Assembly (NCBI GenBank): GCA_028282585.1
Contig: JANQHR010000144.1
Coordinates: 1 to 64,000 of the forward strand
DNA length: 64,000 bases
Direction: 5' to 3'
Source: Bacteroidales bacterium
GTDB lineage: Bacteria > Bacteroidota > Bacteroidia > Bacteroidales > UBA12077
Shown here: positions 59,193 to 64,000 of the stretch, in pieces
Layout of the letters: each line of letters starts with the position of its first letter
Position numbering within the stretch: position 1 is the stretch's first letter
Made by a program: the position numbers and the translations under genes
The notes under the pieces: model-generated
What the model saw: only the letters and a program-made list of their open reading frames with translations
Databases searched by the model: none
Told to the model about the DNA's origin: nothing

Positions 59193-60836
59193 TTACTTAC
59201 TGTTAATAAAGAATTTCTCAATCATTTCAAGTAAAGCGTATGATTTTATAGGTTTAGGTATGTATTCGTTGCATCCTGCATCAATACAAATATCTCGTTC
59301 GTTTTTTAAAATAAATGCAGATTGAGCAATTATTGGTAAATGTGGTTTAAAAGCTTTTATTTTTTTTGTTGCTTCAATACCATCAAGAACAGGCATTTTA
59401 ATATCCATTAAGACCAGATCATAATCTATCTTTAAGCACTTTTCTACTGCATCTTCGCCGTTTCTAACCCAGTCTAAACATACATGCGTTCGAACTAATG
59501 ATGCTTTAATTACTTCGTAATTGGATACTTCATCTTCTGCAATTAATACCTTCTTTCCAACCCAATTATAAGTTGTTTTTTGACTGTTTTTATTTCCAAT
59601 CTCAAGAAATGTTACTTTATTAGGTAAGGAAAAATAGAATATGGAACCTATTCCTAAGTTTGATTCAACCCAAATATTACCACCTAAAAGGTTTACCAGT
59701 CTTTTGGTAATAGTAAGACCAATACCTGTTCCTCTATACAACGTTGTGCGATCTTCTATTTTAGTAAAATGATTAAATATTGTATCTAACTTTTCTTCAG
59801 GTATACCAATTCCAGTATCTCTAACATAAAAAATGGGTTCATCATGTTGGTTAATGTCAAAACCAAATTCAATAAATCCTTTGTGAGTATATTTTAATGC
59901 ATTATTTAATAAATGATTAAAGACCTGATTAAATCTAAATTCGTCTGTTTCAATATAGGCAATAGAATCGCCAAATGGATTATGAAGAAGTAATTCAACA
60001 TTTTTTTTATTTCTCGATTGTTCTTTCGCGAATTGTTCGTACAACTCATTTAAAATTTTGGAAATATTAAATTTTCTATTGTTTATTTTTAAATTACCAC
60101 TATCTAGTTGAGCCATATCAATAATATCGTCGATAAGCTTAAGTAACATATTACTGCTTTCAGATACTTGTTCAGCAAATTCTTTACGTGTTTGTTGATC
60201 AGTAGTTGATTCAGCAATTAGTTCAGAAAATCCGATTATAGCATTCAATGGAGTACGTATTTCATGTGACATATTTGTAAGAAATGCCGATTTTAATTTG
60301 TCTGACTCTTCTGCTTTCAGTTTTGCTACCTCAAGTTTATTTCTAGATTCGACCCATTCCGTAATATCTTCGCCCATACCTAATATAAAAACCGGATTCC
60401 CGTGTTTATCCTTTATTACTGTAGCAACCAGTTTTAACCAAATTTTGTTTTGATTTTTTGTTAAATAAACTGCTTCGGTTACATGTTTATCTAGTTTAGA
60501 ATCAAACATATCCTGAATTATCTTTTTAGCATTTTCACCATTGCTTTCAGGTATTAAATCAAGATAAGTTTTATTACTTAGATCATCCGGATTATATCCA
60601 AATAGGTCGTGGAAACTTTTATTGTATTTGCGAATTTTTAAATCTTTATCAATTATTCCAATTCCAATCCCGGCTTCCTTAAACATTGATTCAAATAACC
60701 GTTCTTTTTCGCTAATATTTCCTCGTGATTTTAATTCTTCGCACTCTTTCTTCAATTTAAAGATTTCTTGTTTTAAATGAAGAACCTCGTCCTCTAGTTG
60801 TTCTTTATATATATTTATATCGGAATAACTCATCAA
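59193..60836 (-). CDS. Cytoplasmic PAS hybrid histidine kinase/response regulator
   Basis: PAS, MSHEIRTPLNAI, NALKYT, DTGIG, GTGIGL and C-terminal REC (MDIKMP, KP). Confidence 0.93.
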   Translation of the reverse strand: MMSYSDINIYKEQLEDEVLHLKQEIFKLKKECEELKSRGNISEKERLFESMFKEAGIGIGIIDKDLKIRKYNKSFHDLFGYNPDDLSNKTYLDLIPESNGENAKKIIQDMFDSKLDKHVTEAVYLTKNQNKIWLKLVATVIKDKHGNPVFILGMGEDITEWVESRNKLEVAKLKAEESDKLKSAFLTNMSHEIRTPLNAIIGFSELIAESTTDQQTRKEFAEQVSESSNMLLKLIDDIIDMAQLDSGNLKINNRKFNISKILNELYEQFAKEQSRNKKNVELLLHNPFGDSIAYIETDEFRFNQVFNHLLNNALKYTHKGFIEFGFDINQHDEPIFYVRDTGIGIPEEKLDTIFNHFTKIEDRTTLYRGTGIGLTITKRLVNLLGGNIWVESNLGIGSIFYFSLPNKVTFLEIGNKNSQKTTYNWVGKKVLIAEDEVSNYEVIKASLVRTHVCLDWVRNGEDAVEKCLKIDYDLVLMDIKMPVLDGIEATKKIKAFKPHLPIIAQSAFILKNERDICIDAGCNEYIPKPIKSYALLEMIEKFFINSK

Positions 60837-61029
60837 AACTTAAATAATGTTTGTTGAAATCAAAATTCCTTATAATTTTAAATAAGTACAAATAAATCAG
60901 TGTTTAATAGGATAGTATTTTGACTAATGATATGATCTATACTTTTATTTAAGTATTTATGTTGATGAACAATTTCTGAGACTTAATGTTAATCAATAAA
61001 CAATAAACAGTTATTAACCAACTAATTTA

Positions 61030-61060
61030 TTGACATTCGATGGATTTCATAATAACTTTA
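61030..61060 (+). promoter_or_regulatory. Promoter upstream of the DHOD-like gene
   Basis: TTGACA-N17-TAACTTTA. Confidence 0.55.
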
Positions 61061-61085
61061 TAAAACCTAACTAAAACTTAAAATT

Positions 61086-62078
61086 ATGGCAGACTTATCG
61101 ACTAGCTATTTGGGGCTTAAACTCCGTAATCCAATTATTGCAGCAAGTTCAGGATTAACAAATTCAGTGGAGGATATAAAAGAGTTTGAACAAAATGGTG
61201 CAGGAGCTGTGGTTCTCAAATCTATCTTTGAAGAAGAGATACGAAGAGAACTCGAAAGAAATCTGGGAGACATGCAAATGGATACATTTTTGTATCCTGA
61301 AACAATGGATTATTATGATAATTATGCTGAAGATGATTCACTTACAAATTATCTTCGATTAATACGAGAAGCAAAGCAAGCTGTTGATATTCCAATCATT
61401 GCAAGTATAAACTGCGTTACTGCAGATAAATGGCCGTATTATGCCGAAACTTTGCAAGATGCAGGTGCCGATGCATTGGAATTAAACATTTTTGTTATGC
61501 CTTCGGATTTTGATAAAACCAAGGATGAAAATGAAAAAGTATATTTTGATGTTGTAAAAGAAGTAAAAAAGCTAGTTAAAATTCCGGTATCACTTAAGAT
61601 AAGCTATTATTCATCTAACCTCGGATCATTTATACAAAAGTTATCAAAAACAGAAGTTGATGGTTTAGTATTATTTAACCGTTTTTATAGTCCGGATATA
61701 GATATTAATAAATTAGACTTATTGTCAACAAATGTAACAAGTACTCCAGTCGAGTTGCCCATATCTCTTCGTTGGATAGGTATTATGCATAACAGAGTTG
61801 AGTGCGATTTAGCTGCATCAACTGGGATTCATGATGGAGCAGCAATTATTAAACAGATTCTGGCCGGTACAAATGTTGTTCAAATTGCCTCTGCCTTTTA
61901 TAAGAATGGTAAGGGTATAATAAAAGATATGCTTCATGATGTTACTACTTGGATGGATTCTAAGGGATTTAAGTCTCTTGAGGATTTTAGAGGGAAAATG
62001 AGTCATGAAAAAGCTAAGAATCCTGCTGCTTACGAAAGGATGCAGTTTATGAAATACTTTTCGGGCAAAGGGTTGTAA
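61086..62078 (+). CDS. Dihydroorotate dehydrogenase-like flavoprotein
   Basis: YLGLKLRNPIIA, GAVVLKSIFEEEI, IASINC, DALELN, LFNRFY.PDID, YERMQFMK. Lacks the canonical N.SCPN motif. Confidence 0.88.
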   Translation: MADLSTSYLGLKLRNPIIAASSGLTNSVEDIKEFEQNGAGAVVLKSIFEEEIRRELERNLGDMQMDTFLYPETMDYYDNYAEDDSLTNYLRLIREAKQAVDIPIIASINCVTADKWPYYAETLQDAGADALELNIFVMPSDFDKTKDENEKVYFDVVKEVKKLVKIPVSLKISYYSSNLGSFIQKLSKTEVDGLVLFNRFYSPDIDINKLDLLSTNVTSTPVELPISLRWIGIMHNRVECDLAASTGIHDGAAIIKQILAGTNVVQIASAFYKNGKGIIKDMLHDVTTWMDSKGFKSLEDFRGKMSHEKAKNPAAYERMQFMKYFSGKGL

Positions 62079-62097
62079 GTGCAACATAATTAGAGTT

Positions 62098-62124
62098 AAA
62101 GCCTGCTTTTGCGGGCTTTTTTTT
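62098..62124 (+). terminator. Intrinsic terminator
   Basis: AAAGCCTGC-tttt-GCGGGCTTT followed by TTTTT. Confidence 0.8.
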
Positions 62125-62168
62125 GCCAAATAATAGAAATTTGAAGCATTATTTGCATTTTTGTAAAT

Positions 62169-63509
62169 ATGTATGCTATTCTTGATATCGAAACTACAGG
62201 TTTGAGTCCTTCGAATGAAAAAATTATTGAAATTGCCATTTTTATTCATGATGGTAAAGAGATCATTGAAGAATATACTACCCTTATTAATCCCGAACGA
62301 AAAGTACCTTACAATATTACTCGTTTAACAGGAATTACAAATGAAATGGTTGAAGATGCACCAAAATTTTGGGAAATAGCTAAAGATATTGTTTTACTTA
62401 CCGAAGGAAAATCTATAGTTGCACATAATGCTTCATTTGATTATAATTTTATTAGAAATGAATTTAAAAGTTTAGGATATAGTTTCAAAAGAGATAGGCT
62501 TTGTACTGTAAAGTTAAGCCGTAAAATAATTCCCACTCATAGTTCTTATAGTTTAGGTAAACTGTGTCAGGAGTTAGGAATTGAGATTGAAGGAAGACAC
62601 CGTGCTGCCGGAGATGCATTTGCTACGGTGAAACTATTCGAACATTTGTTAAAGATAAACCCAACCTTGGGAAAAATGGATTCAAGTCGGTTTTATAATA
62701 TCGATGCCGATATAATAAAAAATCTACCGGAAGAAACTGGAGTCTACTATTTTTATAATAAGGATGGCGATATTATTTATATAGGTAAAAGTAAAGATAT
62801 TAAAACCAGGGTTTTTTCTCATTTTAGTAATGAAAATTCTGAACGAGCGTTAAAAATGGTTGATGAAATATATGATATTTCATATGAACTAACAGGAAGT
62901 GAGTTAATTGCTCTTTTGCTGGAGTCGAATGAAATAAAAGTTCAGAAACCTAAATATAATCGAAGGCAAAGAAGGGTTACGAGTCACTACGGAATATACC
63001 AGTATACCGATGAAAACGGTTATTTTTGCTTTAAGGCGGAAGGAGTTAAAGGTGAAATGCCAATAGTTTGTTTTAACTCTGCAAAAGAAACCCGTGAGAG
63101 ATTATACCAATTATCGGAAAAGTATGGTTTGTGCCAAAAATTATGTGGATTATATGAAGCTTCCGGAGCATGTTTTTATTATCAAATAAAACAATGTAAT
63201 GGTGCTTGTGTTGGAGAGGAGCCTGTTGTCGATTACAATAAAAAAGTACAGAAAATGCTGGATGATTTATCTTATAGTTGGCAGAGCTTTTATATTATCG
63301 ATAAAGGTAGAAATAATGATGAAAAAGGAGTTATAAAAGTCGAAAACGGTAAGTATATTGGTTTTGGCTATATAAATTCAGAGTATTTTGAAAACAGTCT
63401 TGATAATCTCTCAGATATTATAAAACCCTACCCTGATAATAAAGATGTTCAACAAATAATTCGTACTTATCTTCGTCAACATTCTATTGAAACTATCATA
63501 AAATTCTGA
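62169..63509 (+). CDS. DEDDh 3'-5' exonuclease (DnaQ-like) fused to a UvrC/Cho-type GIY-YIG nuclease
   Basis: DIETTG, AHNASFD, HRA.GDA, then GVYYF...IYIGKS...RV..HF, ELIALLLE..EIK..KP.YNR and a Cys cluster. Confidence 0.92.
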   Translation: MYAILDIETTGLSPSNEKIIEIAIFIHDGKEIIEEYTTLINPERKVPYNITRLTGITNEMVEDAPKFWEIAKDIVLLTEGKSIVAHNASFDYNFIRNEFKSLGYSFKRDRLCTVKLSRKIIPTHSSYSLGKLCQELGIEIEGRHRAAGDAFATVKLFEHLLKINPTLGKMDSSRFYNIDADIIKNLPEETGVYYFYNKDGDIIYIGKSKDIKTRVFSHFSNENSERALKMVDEIYDISYELTGSELIALLLESNEIKVQKPKYNRRQRRVTSHYGIYQYTDENGYFCFKAEGVKGEMPIVCFNSAKETRERLYQLSEKYGLCQKLCGLYEASGACFYYQIKQCNGACVGEEPVVDYNKKVQKMLDDLSYSWQSFYIIDKGRNNDEKGVIKVENGKYIGFGYINSEYFENSLDNLSDIIKPYPDNKDVQQIIRTYLRQHSIETIIKF

Positions 63510-63575
63510 AGTTGTTTTCCTAAATTCTAAACAATATTTAGTATCTCTTGTTGAAGTGATACTAAACTATTTGAT

Positions 63576-64000
63576 ATGAAACCAAAATATACCAATAAAC
63601 TGGTTAATGAAACCAGTCCTTATTTATTGCAGCATGCACATAATCCTGTAAACTGGTATCCATGGAATGACGAAGCCTTAAATAAAGCTAAAAAGGAAAA
63701 TAAGCTTTTGTTAATTAGCATTGGTTATTCAGCATGCCACTGGTGTCATGTAATGGAAAGAGAATCTTTCCATGATGAATCAATTGCTCAGATTATGAAT
63801 GAAAATTTTATGTGCATTAAAGTAGATCGTGAAGAAAGACCAGATATTGATCAAATTTATATGTATGCAGTTCAATTAATAACAGGAAATGGAGGGTGGC
63901 CTTTGAATTGTTTTGCACTACCTGACGGGAGACCCGTTTATGGAGGAACTTACTTTAAACCTGAACAGTGGGAACATATTCTGGAAAGTTTATCAACAAC
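63576..64000 (+). CDS. YyaL/DUF255 thioredoxin-domain protein (runs off the window end)
   Basis: [58 protein letters not shown]. Confidence 0.93.
   Translation, partial: MKPKYTNKLVNETSPYLLQHAHNPVNWYPWNDEALNKAKKENKLLLISIGYSACHWCHVMERESFHDESIAQIMNENFMCIKVDREERPDIDQIYMYAVQLITGNGGWPLNCFALPDGRPVYGGTYFKPEQWEHILESLST

Noticed and set aside
2810-62249. Many 60-143 aa ORFs antisense to or nested in long genes (e.g. 3380, 9521, 29965, 30404, 34374, 53025, 56871, 61818)
   Set aside because: They are shadow frames of well-supported genes, with no motifs and no independent start signals.
62169-63509. Exonuclease plus GIY-YIG fusion as a novel defence nuclease
   Set aside because: It matches the widespread Bacteroidota DnaQ-UvrC/Cho-like repair protein and sits in housekeeping context.
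1-64000. CRISPR array, tRNA/rRNA, prophage or intact IS
   Set aside because: No regularly spaced repeats, structural RNA signatures, integrase or transposase ORFs were recognised by eye. tRNAscan/Infernal were not run.

Overview
This 64 kb window is AT-rich, gene-dense chromosome, most likely from an anaerobic Bacteroidota (Bacteroidales/Marinilabiliales-like). That assignment is inferred from TAnnTTTG-type promoters, mostly SD-less A-rich leaders, a TonB-dependent receptor, LytS/LytTR pairs and the mce-mmd cluster. No rRNA, tRNA, CRISPR array, integrase or transposase was recognised. The main blocks are: an AraC-controlled envelope operon (DUF2147, DUF418, beta-barrel, TBDR); phytase and a K+/H+ antiporter; a LytS/LytTR pair with two secreted targets; a crt-hbd-(four-helix bundle)-thiolase-ACAD operon; a TolC/MFP/RND pump with a second LytS/LytTR pair; NfeD/flotillin; a chemosensory-like island; the Na+-pumping methylmalonyl-CoA decarboxylase cluster; a CitD-CitE fusion with CitF and an unannotated rubredoxin; and several kinases and hydrolases. 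The most unusual region is the chemosensory-like island at 32.7-43.4 kb. It has a PAS kinase, a NarL regulator, two MCPs, one intact and two decayed cheW copies and two HTH-less receivers, but no cheA/cheB/cheR in the window. Intergenic DNA carries several REP/MITE-like palindromes, short tandem arrays and candidate operator sites.
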